Shown: piece after piece, positions 12,867 to 26,888 of the stretch
How positions within the stretch are numbered: the first letter of the stretch is position 1
How the letters are laid out: every line of letters starts with the position of its first letter
Assembly (NCBI RefSeq): GCF_009914755.1
Contig: NC_060947.1
DNA length: 64,000 nt
Reading direction: 5' to 3' (one strand)
Origin: the human T2T-CHM13v2.0 reference genome, Homo sapiens
Notes under the pieces: model-generated
What the model was told of the DNA's origin: nothing
What the model saw: only the letters and a program-made list of their open reading frames with translations
Database searches by the model: none
Program-made: the position numbers and the translations under genes

Positions 12867-15800
12867 GGTGTTATCTCACTATGGGTTTTATTTGTATTTT
12901 TCTAATAATCAGTAATGTTTCATTTTTAAATTATAATTGCTGGCCCATGTATGTCTTCTTTTGAAAAGTTCCTGTTCCTGTACTTTGCACACTTTTTAAT
13001 GGGGTTGTTTTTATCTTGTAAATTTGTTTAAATTCTTTATAGATGCTAGACTTTAGACCTATGTTGAATGCATAGTTTGCAAAAATGTCTCCCATTCTGT
13101 AGGTTGTCTGTTTACTCTGTTGACAGTTTCTTCTGCCATGCAGAAGCTCTAGTCTAATTAGATCCCATTTGTCAATTTTTTTTTTTTGCTTTTTTTGCAA
13201 TTGCTTTTGGCATCTCCATTGTTAAATATTTGCCCATGCCTATGTCCTGAGTGGTTTTGCCTAGGTTGTCTCTTAGGGTGTCTATAGTTTTTGGTATGAC
13301 ATTTAAGTCTTTAATCCATCTTGAGTTGATTTTTGTATATGATATAAGGAAGGATTCCAGTTTCAATCTTCTGCTTATGGCTAGCCGGTGATCCCAGCAC
13401 CATAAATTGAATAGGAAATCCTTACTCCATCGCTTTTTTATTTTCTGTAAGGTTTGTCAAAATCAGATAGTTGTAAGTATGCAGCCTTATTTCTGGAATC
13501 TCTATTCTGTTTTATTAGTCTATGTGTCTCTTCTTGTGTCAGTACTATGCTGTTTTAGTTAATGTAGCACTGTATCGTAGTATGAAGTCTGGTAGCATCA
13601 CGTCTCCAGCTTTGTTTCATTTGCTTATAATTGCCTTGGCTTTGTTTCATTTGTTTATAATTGCCTTGGCTATTCGGACTTTTTTTGTTCCATATGAATT
13701 TTAAAATAGTTTTCTTTCTAGTTCTTTGAAGAATCTCAATAGTAGTTCAATAGGAATAACATTGAATCTATAATTTGCTTTGGGAAGTATGGCCATTTTG
13801 ATGATATTGGTTCTTTTTCTCCACGAGCATGAAATCCTTTTCCATTTGTTTGTGTCATGTCTGATTTCTTTGAGCAGTGTTTTGTAGTTCTACTTGTAGA
13901 GATATTTCACTTCCATAGTTAGCTGTATTCATAGGTATTTTAATCTTTTTGTGGCAATTATGAATGGGAGTGTGTTCCTTATTTGTCTCTCAGCTTGACT
14001 TTTGTTGCTGTATAGAAATGCTAGTGATGTTTGGGCATTGATTTTGTATCCTGAGTCTTTGGCGAAGCTGTTTATCAGCTTAAGAAGCTTTTGGGCTGGC
14101 ACTATTGGATTTTCTAGATATAAGATCATGTTGTCTGCAAATAGGGATAGTTTGATTTTCTCTCTTTCTACTTGGATGCCTTCTGTTTCTTTCTCTTGCC
14201 TTATTTCCCTGGCCAGGAATTCCAATACTCGGGCAAATAGGAGTGGAGAGAGAGAGTATCCTTGTTTTGTGATGGTTTTTCAGGACAGTGCTTCCAGCCT
14301 TTGCCCACTGAGTATGATGCTGGCTGTGGTTTTTTCATATATAGCTCTTATCATTTTTAGGTATGTTCCTTCAACGTCTAGATTATTGAGAGATTTTAAC
14401 ATGAAGGAATGTTGAATTTTATGAAAAATCCTTTCTGCCTCTATTAACATAACATGTGGTTTTGTCTTTATATGCGTTTATGTAATGAATCACATTTATT
14501 GATTTGCACATGTTGAACCAACTTTGCATTTCAGAAATAAAGCCTACTTGTTCGTGGTTGATAAGCTTTTTGATGTGCTGCTGGATTCAGTTTGCAGCAT
14601 ATTGTTGAGAATTTTTGCATCAACGTTTATCAAGAATATTAGCCTAACGTTTTCTATTTTTTTGTGTCTCTGCCAGGTTTCACTATCAGAATGATGCTGG
14701 CCTCATAGAATGAATTAAAGTGAATTAAAGAGGAGTCTCTCCTCTTTAATTTTAGGAATATTTTCGGTAGGAATGGTACTAGCTCTTTTATGTAAATGTG
14801 GTAGGATTCAGCAATGAATATGTCTGGTCCTGAGTTTTCTTGGTTGGTAGGCTATTTATTACTACCTCAATTTCAGAGTTCATTATTGGTCTGTTCAGGG
14901 ATTCAAATTCTTCCTGTTTTAGTCTTGAGAGGGAGTATGTTTCTGGGAATTTCTCCATTTCTCCTGGATTTTGTTGTTTATCTTCATAAATCTGTTCCTA
15001 ATGTTTTCTGATGGTTGTTTGTATTTATGTGGTGTTAGTGGTAATATCCTCATTGTCACTTCTGATTGTGTTTATTTGAATATTCGTTTTTTATTTATTA
15101 GTATAGCTAGTAGTCTATTTTATTAACATTTTCAAAGCAGCTCCTAGGTTCGTCGACCTTTTGAAGAAATTTTTGTGTCTCAATCTTCTTCAGTTCAGCT
15201 CTGATTTTGGATATTTCTTGTTTTTTGCTACCTTTGGGATTTGTTTGCTCTTTATTCTTCAGTTCTTTTAATTGTAATGTTAGGTTGTTAACTTGAGATC
15301 TTTCTAACTTTTGCATGTGGGCATTTTGTGCTATAAATTTCCCTCTTAACACTGCCCTAGCTGTGTCCCAGAGATCCTGGTATATCGTATCTTTGTTCTC
15401 ATTAGTTTCAAAGAATTTCTTGATTTCTGCCTTAATTTCATTATTTACCTGTATTAGTGTATTCTCACACTGCTATAAAGAACTAGCTGAGACTGTGTAA
15501 GTTATAAAGAAAAAAGGTTTAATTGCCTCATGGTTCTGGTGGCCATACAGAAAGCACGGCTGGAGAGGCCTCAAGAAACTTACAATCATGGCAGAAGGCA
15601 AAGGGGAAGCTGGCACATCCTACATGGCTGGAACAAGAGGAAGAGAGAGAGTGAAGGGGGAGGTGCCACACACTTTTAAACAACTGGATTTTTGCCAGAC
15701 TCTATTATTAGAACAGCAGGTGGTAAGCTCATCCCCATGATTCAGTCACCTCTCACCAGGCCCCTTCTCTATCATTAGGAATTACAGTTTTATATGAGAT

Positions 15801-18095
15801 TTGGGTGGGAACACAGAGCCAAACCACATAATTACCCAAAAGTAATTCAGGAGCAGATTATTCAGTTTCCATGTAATTATATGCTTTTTAGTGAATTTCT
15901 TAGTCATAATTTTAATTTAATTGCACTGTGGTCTGAGAGATTGTTTATAATGATTTCAGTTCTTTTGCATTTGCCAAAGAGAGTTTTACTTCTGACTATG
16001 TAATCAATTTTACAGTATGCACCATGTGGTGATGAGAAGAATGTATATTCTGTAGCTTTTTGGTACAAAGTTCTGTAGATATCTACCAGGTCTTTCTGAT
16101 TCAGTGCTGAGTTCAGGTCCTGAATATCTTTGTTAATTTTCTGTCTTGATGATCTGTCTAATATTGTCAATGAGGTGTTAACGTCTCACACCATTATTCC
16201 GTGGAAGTCAGTCTCTTTGAAGGTTTCTAAGAACTTTCTTCATGAGTCTCACTGCTGGACTCTCTTGTGTTGGGTGCATATAGATTTAGTTAAATCTTCT
16301 AACTTTTACCATTGTGCAATGACCTTCTTTTTTTTTTTTTCTATCTTTGTTGGTTTAAAGTCTGTTTTATCAGTAATAAAGATTGCAACTCTTAGTTTTT
16401 TCTGCTTTTTTGTTTACTTGGTAGATTTTTTTTATCCCTTTATTTTAAGCCTATGTTATTGCTTGTGAGATAGGTTTCTTGAATACAGCATAGTAATAAT
16501 AAGTTTTGCTTCTTTGCCTAGCTTGCGTGCCACTCTGTGTCTTTTAATTGGAGAATTTAGCTCATTTACATTTACAATTAGTATTTATATGTGTGGATTT
16601 CATCCTGTCATCATGACGTTAGCTGGTTATTTTGCAGACTTCTTTATGTGGTTGCTTTATAGTGCATGTCACTGGTTTGTATATTTCAGTGTGTTTTAGT
16701 AGTGGCTGGTAATAGTTTTTCCTTTTCATATACAGTACTTCTTTTAGGAGATCTTATAAGGCAGGTCTGGTGGTAACAAATTGCCTCAGCATTTGTTTCT
16801 CTGAAGAGGATCTTATTTCTCCTTTGATTATGAAGCTTAGTTTGGTTGGATATAAAATTATGTGTTGGAATTTCTTTTCTTTAAGAGTCAGTGTGATGGA
16901 CTTCTTTTGGTAGGTGACCTGACCTTTTCTCTCTAGCTGCCTTTAACATTTGTTATTTTATTTTGATCTAGAATCTGATGATTATGTGTCTTGGAGATAA
17001 TCTTCTTGTGACATATCTTACTGGGTTTCTCTGCATTTCCTGTATTTGGATGTTGGCCTCTGTAGCTAGGTTAAGGAAGTTCTCATGGACAATATATTTT
17101 CCAAGTGGACTCACTCTCCCTATCTCTTTTAGGGGACACCAATCAGTCATAGATTTGGTATCTTCACAGAATCTCATATTTCTCAGAGTTTTTGTTTATT
17201 CCTTTTCATTATTTGGTTCTATTCTTGTTTGCTTGTATTATTTCAGAAAGCCAGTATTCAAGCTCTGAGATGTATTTCCTCACAGTCTATTTTTCTATCA
17301 ATACTTGTGACTGCATTATGAAATTCTCGTAGTGTGTTTTTCAGCTCTATCAGGACAGTTACATTCTTTTTATACTGGCTATGTTTTCTGTCAGCTCCTG
17401 CATTGTATTTAAATTATTGTTAGCTTCTTTGCATTGGGTTTCAATGTACTCCTGTAGCTCAGTGAACTTCATTCTTATCCATATTCTAAATTTAATTTCT
17501 GTCATTTCAGCCATATCATTCTCAGCCTGGTTCAAAACCCTTACTGAGATGTCTTGTGGTTGTTTGGAGGAAAAAGGGTGCTCTAGATTTTTGAGTTTTC
17601 AAGGTTCTTGTGTTGATTTTTCTTATCTTTGTAGGCTTATCTACTTTCAGTCTTGGAGGTTGCTGACTTTGGATGTGTTTTTCTTTTATCCTATTTGGTA
17701 ACCTTGAGTGTTTACTTGTGGTATAAGTTGGATTCAGCCAATTTGCTTTGTTTTTGGGAGAATATATGGGGCCAATGCTCAGCTCCCAACTCCTGGACTG
17801 TGTGCTTTAACTCTGGGGGACTTGTATTGAGTCACAATTTTGTTCTATGACTTTTTGAAGTTTGGAGTCCACTGCACTAAGGAGGCCAATGTGCAGAAGC
17901 TTCAGCAGAGTGGTAGTGGATGCAAGGGTGCCTGCCTCCCTAAGGGCATTCATCACAGTAATGGAGGCAATGCAGTTTGTGGAGGGGTGCCATGGGCCCC
18001 TGCTGGAGACTGTGTGCACTGTTGCACTGGAAGTGGTGTTGCCTTGTGGTGGGGTGCTAGCCGGCATAAGTCTGGGTACCTTCGTTGTGCCCCAC
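12867..18095 (-). mobile_element. Old L1PA (L1PA13-16-like) lacking its 3' end; ORF2, ORF1 and partial 5'UTR
   Basis: RT motif FADNMILY (13929-14225), endonuclease remnants (15904-16170), ORF1 remnant 'PRHIIIRF' (16968-17177). Confidence 0.85.
15450..15831 (-). mobile_element. MSTA-like MaLR solo LTR
   Basis: tgtattagt..ctataaag..gggtgggaacacagagccaaacca; 5-bp TSD ttacc at 15445-15449 and 15832-15836. Confidence 0.9.
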
Positions 18096-20367
18096 AAGCA
18101 GGAGTGATCCAGAATATCCTTTTCAATCAATCAAATACTAAATGAATTCATTACCACCCACACTTGCCTTACAAGAGGACTTAAGGGAGGGTTAAACCAG
18201 AAGCAAAAGACTGTTAGCAGCAACTACGAAAACACACTTAAGCACATACATCATTGCCACTATAAAGTAATGACACAATCAAGTCTGCATAATAACCAGC
18301 TAACAAAACAATGACAGGATCAAATCCACACACATCAATCTTAGCCTTGAATGTAAACTGGCTATATACTTCAGTTAAAAGGCACAGAGTCTCAAGTTGG
18401 GCAAAGAAACAAGACCCAACTGTATGCCATCTTTAATCAGCCCATCTCACATTCAATGATACGTATACTGTCAAAATAGGGAAATGAAATAAAGTCTACC
18501 AAGCAAACAGAAAACAAAAAAGCAAGGGTTGCTATTCTAACGTCAGACAAGACAGACTTCAAACTAAAACTTATTTAAAAAGACAAAACAACACGGGAGC
18601 ACCCAGATTCATAAAGCAAGTTCTTAGAGGCTTACGATGAGACTTATATAACCATACAATAATAATGGGAGATTTCAACACCACACTTATGATATATTAG
18701 ACAGATTATCAGGCAGAAAACTAACAAAGATATTTATAAATTGAACTTGACACTTGACAAAATTGACCCAACAGACCTCTACGTAACTGTCACCACAAAA
18801 CAGCAGAATACACTTTCTTTTCATTGGCACATGGAACATACTCTCAATTTGACCACACAATTGGTCATAAAATAATTGTCAGCAAATTCAATAATACCAA
18901 AATCATACCACCCACACTCTCGTAATATTGTTCAACAAAAATAGAAATCAATACTAAGATGATTACTCAAAACCACATGATTACATGCAAATTAAACAAC
19001 TTACTCCTGAGTGACTTCTACGTCAACAGTGAGATTAAGACAGAAATCAAGAAAATTATTGAATCAAATGAGAGCAAAGATAGAGCATACCAGAATCTCT
19101 AGGACACAGCTAAAACACCGTTAAAAGAAAAGTGTATAGTTTTATATGTCCACATAAAAATTAGAAAGATCTTAAATTAAAAACCTAACATCACACTTAG
19201 AACTAGAATAACTAGGGCAAACTAACTCCAAAGCTAGCAGAAGACAAAGAGAGAAAAAAGAACTAAGTAAACACACTCAGAAATGACCACAGAAATTACT
19301 GACACAACAAAAATAGAAAAAACTTTCAGAGACTATTATGAACACCTCTATGCACGCAAATTAGAAAACCTAGATGAAACAGATGAATTCCTGGAAACAT
19401 ACAACCTCCCAAGTTTGAATCAGAAAAAAATTGAAACCCTGAACAGACCAATAACAAGTTCCAAAATTAAATCACTAATAAAAGCCTACCAATCAAAAAA
19501 AGTTTAGGACCAGATTATTACCTGCCAAATTCTACCAGATGTATAAAGAAGAAATTATGTTATTCTTATTGAAACTATTCCAAAATATTGAGGAGTAGAA
19601 ACTCCTGCCTAACTCACTATATGAGACTAACATAGTTCTGATAAGAAACTGAGCAGACACAACCAAAACAGAAAATATAAGAATAATATATTTCATGAAC
19701 ATAGATGCAAAAATACTCAACAAAATACTAGCAACCTGAATCCTACAGCACATCAAAAAGCTAATCCACAATGATCAAGTAGGCATTATCCCTGGATTTC
19801 AAGGCTGGTTCAATTTGCACAAATCAATAAATGTTACCCATAGTGTAAAAATGACTAAAACATAAGTCATATGATTATTTTAATAGATGCAGAAAAGGCT
19901 TTCACTAAAATTCAACATTCTGTTATGTTAAAACCTCTCAACAAACTAGGCATTGAAGGAACATAGCTTGAATAATAGGAGGCATCTCTGATAATCCCAC
20001 AGTGAACATATCAAAAGTCTAAAAGTTGAAAGCATTTCCTTAGAGAACTGAAAGAAGGATCCCCTATTCAACACAGTACTGAAAGTCATAGCCAGAACAA
20101 TCAAGCAAGAGAAAGAAATAAAAGAAATCCATATAGGAAGAGAGAAAACCTACCTATTTTGGAATGCAGATAATATGATTTTATAACTAGAAATCATAGT
20201 CTCTGCCCCAAAGCTTCTGGATCTTATAAACAACTTCAGCAAAGTTTCAGAATACAAAATGAATGCAAAAAAATTTACCAGCATTTTTATACACAAACCA
20301 TATACAAGCTAAGTGCCAAACCAAGAATGCAATTACATTCATCATAGCCATAAAAAATCTAGGAATA

Positions 20368-22035
<1,668 letters not shown>

Positions 22036-23117
22036 AAAAAATCTAGGAATATAGCTGACCAGGTAGCTGAAAAATCTTTACTGTGGGAATTACAAAACTC
22101 TGCTCAAAGAAATTAAAGATGTCACAAACAAATGGAAAAACATTACATGGATAAGAAGAGTCAATATTCGTTTACTGTCCATACTGCACAAAGCAATTTA
22201 CAGGTTCAATGCTATTTCTATTAAATTTCCAACGACATTGTTCACAGAATTAAATATATATATATATTCGAAAATTTATGTGAAACCAAAAAAAGCCTGA
22301 AAAACCAAAGCAATACTAAGAAAAAAAAAAGTCAGAGGCCTCACACTTCTTCTTGACTTTAAAATATATTAAAAGATGACAGTAACCAAAACAGCGTGGT
22401 ACTGGTATAAAACAGACACATAGACCACAGAAACACAAAAGAGAGCCCAGAAGTAAAGCCACACACCTAAAACCATCTGATCTCTGATAAGATTGACAAA
22501 AACAAGCAAGAGGGAAAAGACTCCCTGTTCAACAAATTGTGCTGGCATAGCCAAATGCAGAATATTGAAACTGGACACCTAATTTATACCATGTAAAAAT
22601 AACAACTCAAAATGAATTACAGAACTAAATGTAAAACCTAAAACTATAAAAACCCCAATGAAAACCTAGGAAATACCATGATGGACATAGGCCCTGGCCA
22701 AGATTTAATAATGAAGATGTCAATCGCAATTGCAACAAAAGCAAACACTGACAAATGGAACTTAATTAAACTAAAAAGATTCTGCACTGCAAAAGAAACT
22801 ATCAACACTGCAAAAAGAAGACCTACAGAATGGAAGAAAATACTTGCAAACTATGCATGTGAGAAAGGTCTAATAACCATGATCTATAAGAAACTTCAAG
22901 CTGTACAACAAACTAGACAAACTACAAACTATGCAAATTAGCAAGCAAAACCAAACAACCCTATTACAAATTAGGCAAAGGTCATGAACAGGCATTTAAA
23001 AAAAAAAAGACACATAAGTGGCCAAAAAGCATATGAAAAAATACTCAAAATTTCTAACCACTATTATTTAAAAAGTCAAAAATTAACAGATGCTGACAAG
23101 GTTGAGGAGAAAGGTTG

Positions 23118-23551
23118 AGTGCCCCAGTAGGGACTCTGTTTGGGGGCTCCAGCCCCACATTTTCCCTCTGCACTGCCCTAATAGAGGTTCTCCATAAGGG
23201 CTCTGTCCCTGAAGCAGACTTCTGCCTGAACATCCAGGCAATTCCATACAGCCTCTGAAACCTGTGTGGAAGCACCCAAATCTCAGCTCTTGCCTTTTGC
23301 ACACCTACAAGCTCAACACCACATGGAAGCCAAAAAGGATTGGAGCTTGCACCCTCTGAAGCAATGGTCTGAGCTGTACCTTGGCCTCTTTTAGCCACGG
23401 CTGGAGCTGGAGTGGCTGGGACACAGGATGCCATGTCCCAAAGCAGCACAAAGCAGTGGGACCCTAGGCCTGGCCCAAAAAAACATTTTTTTCTCCTAGG
23501 CATCTAGGTCTGTGATGGGAGGGGTGGAGAACACAGAGCCAAACCATATCA
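23118..23551 (-). mobile_element. Deleted MaLR (MST/THE1) remnant: internal segment fused to an LTR 5' tip
   Basis: Antisense MaLR internal sequence ending in 'acacagagccaaaccatatca'; adjacent host L1 sequence is missing. Confidence 0.8.
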
Positions 23552-24085
23552 TACACCATGAATACTACATAGCCATAAAAAAGATTGAGATTATGTCCTT
23601 TGCAGCAACATAGATGGAGCTGGAGGCCATTATTTAAGGAAACCAATATGGGAACATAAAACCAAGTTCTATATAATCTTACTTATAAGTAGGAGCTAAA
23701 CATTGAGTACACGTGGATACAAAGAACAGAACAATAGTGATGTGGTTTGGCTTTCTGTCCACAACCAAATCTCATCTCAAATTGTAATTGCTATGTGTTG
23801 AGGGAGAGACCTGTAATCCCCACACGTCGAGGAAAGAAGGTGATTGGATCATGGTGGTAGTATCCCCTGTGCTTTTCTCATGATAGTGAGTTTTTATAAG
23901 ATCTGATGGTTTTATAAGTATCTGGCATTTCTCCTGTTTACACTTCTTTCTCCTGCTGCCAGGTAAAGAAGGTCCTTTCTTCCCCTTGCCTTGTGCCATG
24001 ATTGCAAGTTTCCTGAGACTTCCTCAGCCATGTGAAACTGTGAGTAAATAAAAACTATTTCCTTTATACATTATCCAGTCTTGGG

Positions 24086-24463
24086 CCTTCCTTCCCCTTC
24101 CTTCCTTCCTTCCTTCCTTCCTTCCTTCCTTCCTTCCTTCCTTCCTTCCTTCCCTCCTTCCTTCCTTCCTTCTCTCTCTCTTTCTCTCTTTCTTGTTTCA
24201 CTCTTGTTGCCCAGGCTGGAGGGCAGTGGTGCAATCTCAGCTGACTGCAACCTCTATCTCACAGGTTGAGGTGATTCTCTTGCCTCAGCTTCCCAAGTAG
24301 CTGGGATTACAGGCACTCACTACCACACGCACCTAATTTTTGGTATTTTTCATAGAGATGGGGTTTCACCATGTTGGCCAGGCTGGTCTCAAACTCCTGA
24401 CCTCAGGTTAGTCACCTGCCTTGGCCTCCCAAAGTGCTGGGATTACAGGCATGAGCCACCACG
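24086..24463 (-). mobile_element. AluS with its tail converted to a (CTTC)n/(CT)n microsatellite, in the THE1 5' LTR
   Basis: Alu body about 24195-24463; (CTTC)n about 24087-24172. Confidence 0.92.
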
Positions 24464-24754
24464 TGGGTATTTCTTTATAGCAGTGTGAAAAGGGACTAAT
24501 AGAGTAAATTGTTACTTAGGTAGTGGGGTACTGCTATAAAGATACAAAAAATGTGGAAGTGACTTTGGAACTGCATAACAAGCAGAAGTTGAAACAGTTT
24601 GGAGGGCTCAGAAGAAGACAAAGATGTGGGGATGTTTGGAATTTCTTAGAGACTTGTTGAATCACTTTGACCAAAGTGCTTATAGTGATATGGACAATAA
24701 AGTTCAGCTGAGGTAGTCTCAGATGGGGATGAGAAACTCATTGGGAACTGGAGC

Positions 24755-25169
24755 TTTCAATCGTGTCGGTGTGAAGAGACCACCAAACAGGCTTTGTGTG
24801 AGCAACAAGGCTGTTTATTTCACCTGGGTGCAGGTGGGCTGAGTCCGAAAAGAGAGTCAGTGAAGGGAGATAGGGGTAGGGCCGTTTTATAAGATTTGGG
24901 TAGGTAAAGGAAAATTACAGTCAAAGGGGGGTTGTCCTCTGGATGGGCAGGAGTGGGTGTCACAGGGTGCTCAGTAGGGGAGCTTTTGAGCCAGGATGAG
25001 CCAGGAGAAGGAATTTCACAAGATAATGTCATCAGTTAAGGCAGGAACAGGCCATTTTCACTTCTTTTGTAGTGGAATGTCATCAGTTAAGGCAGGAACT
25101 GGCCATCTGGATGTGTACCTGCAGGTCACAGGGGATATGATGGCTTAGCTTGGGCTCAGAGGCCTGACA
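24755..25169 (-). promoter_or_regulatory. HERV-H 3' LTR (LTR7 type I)
   Basis: tgtcaggcctctgagccc start; duplicated 'gttcctgccttaactgatgacatt'; TATAAAA at 24885-24891; AATAAA at 24814-24819. Confidence 0.93.
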
Positions 25170-25330
25170 TTCCTGTCTTCTTATATTAATAAGAAAAATA
25201 AAATGAAATAGTGGTAAAGTGTTGGGATGGCAAAAATTTTTGGGGGTGGTATGAAGAGATAATGGGTGATGTTTCTCAGGGCTGCTTCCAGTGTGATTAG
25301 GGGCAGCATGGGAACCTACAGTGGGAGAGA

Positions 25331-26888
25331 TTAAGCTGAAGGAAGATTTTGTGGTAAGGGGTGATATTGTGGGGTTGTTAGAAGAAACATTTGTCATGTA
25401 GCATTATTGGTGATGGCCTGGATTCAGTTTTGTATGAATTGAAAAACTAAATGGAATAAGAGAAGGAGAAAAACAAGTATTAAAGGACTAAGAATTGGGA
25501 GGACCTAGGACATCTAATTAGAGAGTGTCCAAGGGGGTTCAGCGTAATTACTTACTTGATTGGCAAGTTTTTGGGCTCTATCCTTGAGTTTTTTATGTTG
25601 TCATATACCAGGCCAGATTGATTTAGGTAAAAACAATGCTCTTCATTTAAGAATATACAGAATCCTCCTTTTTCAGCAGTGAGTAAGTCAAGGCCTCAGC
25701 GGTTTTGGAGGACAACTGCAGCTAAAGAGTCAACTTGGGCCTGGAGGACTGATAAAGTTTGTGACATGTCTGTGATGCTAGCAGTGAAGTCATTAGACAG
25801 GCTATGGAAGGTTGTGACAGAGGTTGAAATGCCTGCTATTCCAGTACAGAGAGCAATAGTGGAGGCAGAAAGTCCTAAACCGACAAGCAAGGGAATTAGT
25901 GGAATAACTCTTTTTTGTCATGTTGGTGTCATGAGGGGAACAGGGAGCTCTTCGGTCCTATTTGCAAATTGAATTTTGGGAGTAAGGAAAACTAGTGTGC
26001 ACATGCCTGTCCAATTAGCAGGTAGACACATGTAGGTAGAGGATCCACAGAGGAAGAAGAGACCTTGTGTGAGGCAAAACTGGAGATGCAAAGTAAAAAG
26101 ATGAGAAGGAGTGCTGAAAGGGGTGTCTTGTACCTAGACTCCTAGGGATGCAGCTAGGGCGGCAGCTGTCAGAGGTTGTAATGGGGACTGATGAGGTAAC
26201 TATGTAGAGGGGGAGGTTCAGTTTTCATGGTGTATGAGAAAACGTTGAGTATCTATGAGCAACCTTTCACTATTATTTACGGGGCTGGGTATAAGTAAAC
26301 AAGAAGAGGGCTTTGGAGATGAAGAGTAAAGGAACATTGAGAAGGTGAAAGGTTACCTAGGGGAATTCCAGTGGGTCTTTGCCAAGAGATACATAAAGGA
26401 GCGGCCACAGGAATAGTAGTTTGTGTTGTGAGAGGTCTAAATATGGGAGAAGCAGAGTTGATATAAGGAGAAAGGTTTTTTAAGTAAGTGCTGAGGAGGG
26501 CGGCAGCTTGCTGATATGAAATGTCTGGGGAGGTCTTGCTGGACCTGCCTAGAAAGTAAATGAGTTCCTCAGGAGGGTAAAGGTGAGGGCTGTTAAAGGA
26601 AGTTCGGAGGAGCAGGGAGACAGGAGATGTTGCCTAGTCTGCATGTAAAGCGGGGACAGCTGTGTAGGTGCTGGAAGAAAGGGAAATGCAAAGCCAGTGG
26701 TTATTTGCTAAGGAGGGATTAGAAACGGCTAGGAGAGAATGAGTAAGGTTGATAGTGTGGTGGAGTTAGCTGGGGAGAGGTAGAGGGTGGCATAAGAATG
26801 GGAATGAGAATAAGAGTGAGTATAAAAGTAAAGAATAGAACTTCATCAGGGTGAAAGTATTGGAGGGTTCCCTGCCAGCAAAGATCAT
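25331..26888 (-). pseudogene. HERV-H env pseudogene
   Basis: Starts MIFAGREPSNTFTLMKFYSLLL; TAA at codon 41; cleavage region *QKR/VIPLIP; fusion peptide; immunosuppressive domain [15 protein letters not shown]; ends ..PSA-stop. Confidence 0.9.

Noticed and set aside
13609-13668. 30-bp tandem duplication (similarly 19 bp near 46384-46421 and the T-run at 9182-9208)
   Set aside because: These are ordinary slippage events inside dead L1 sequence.
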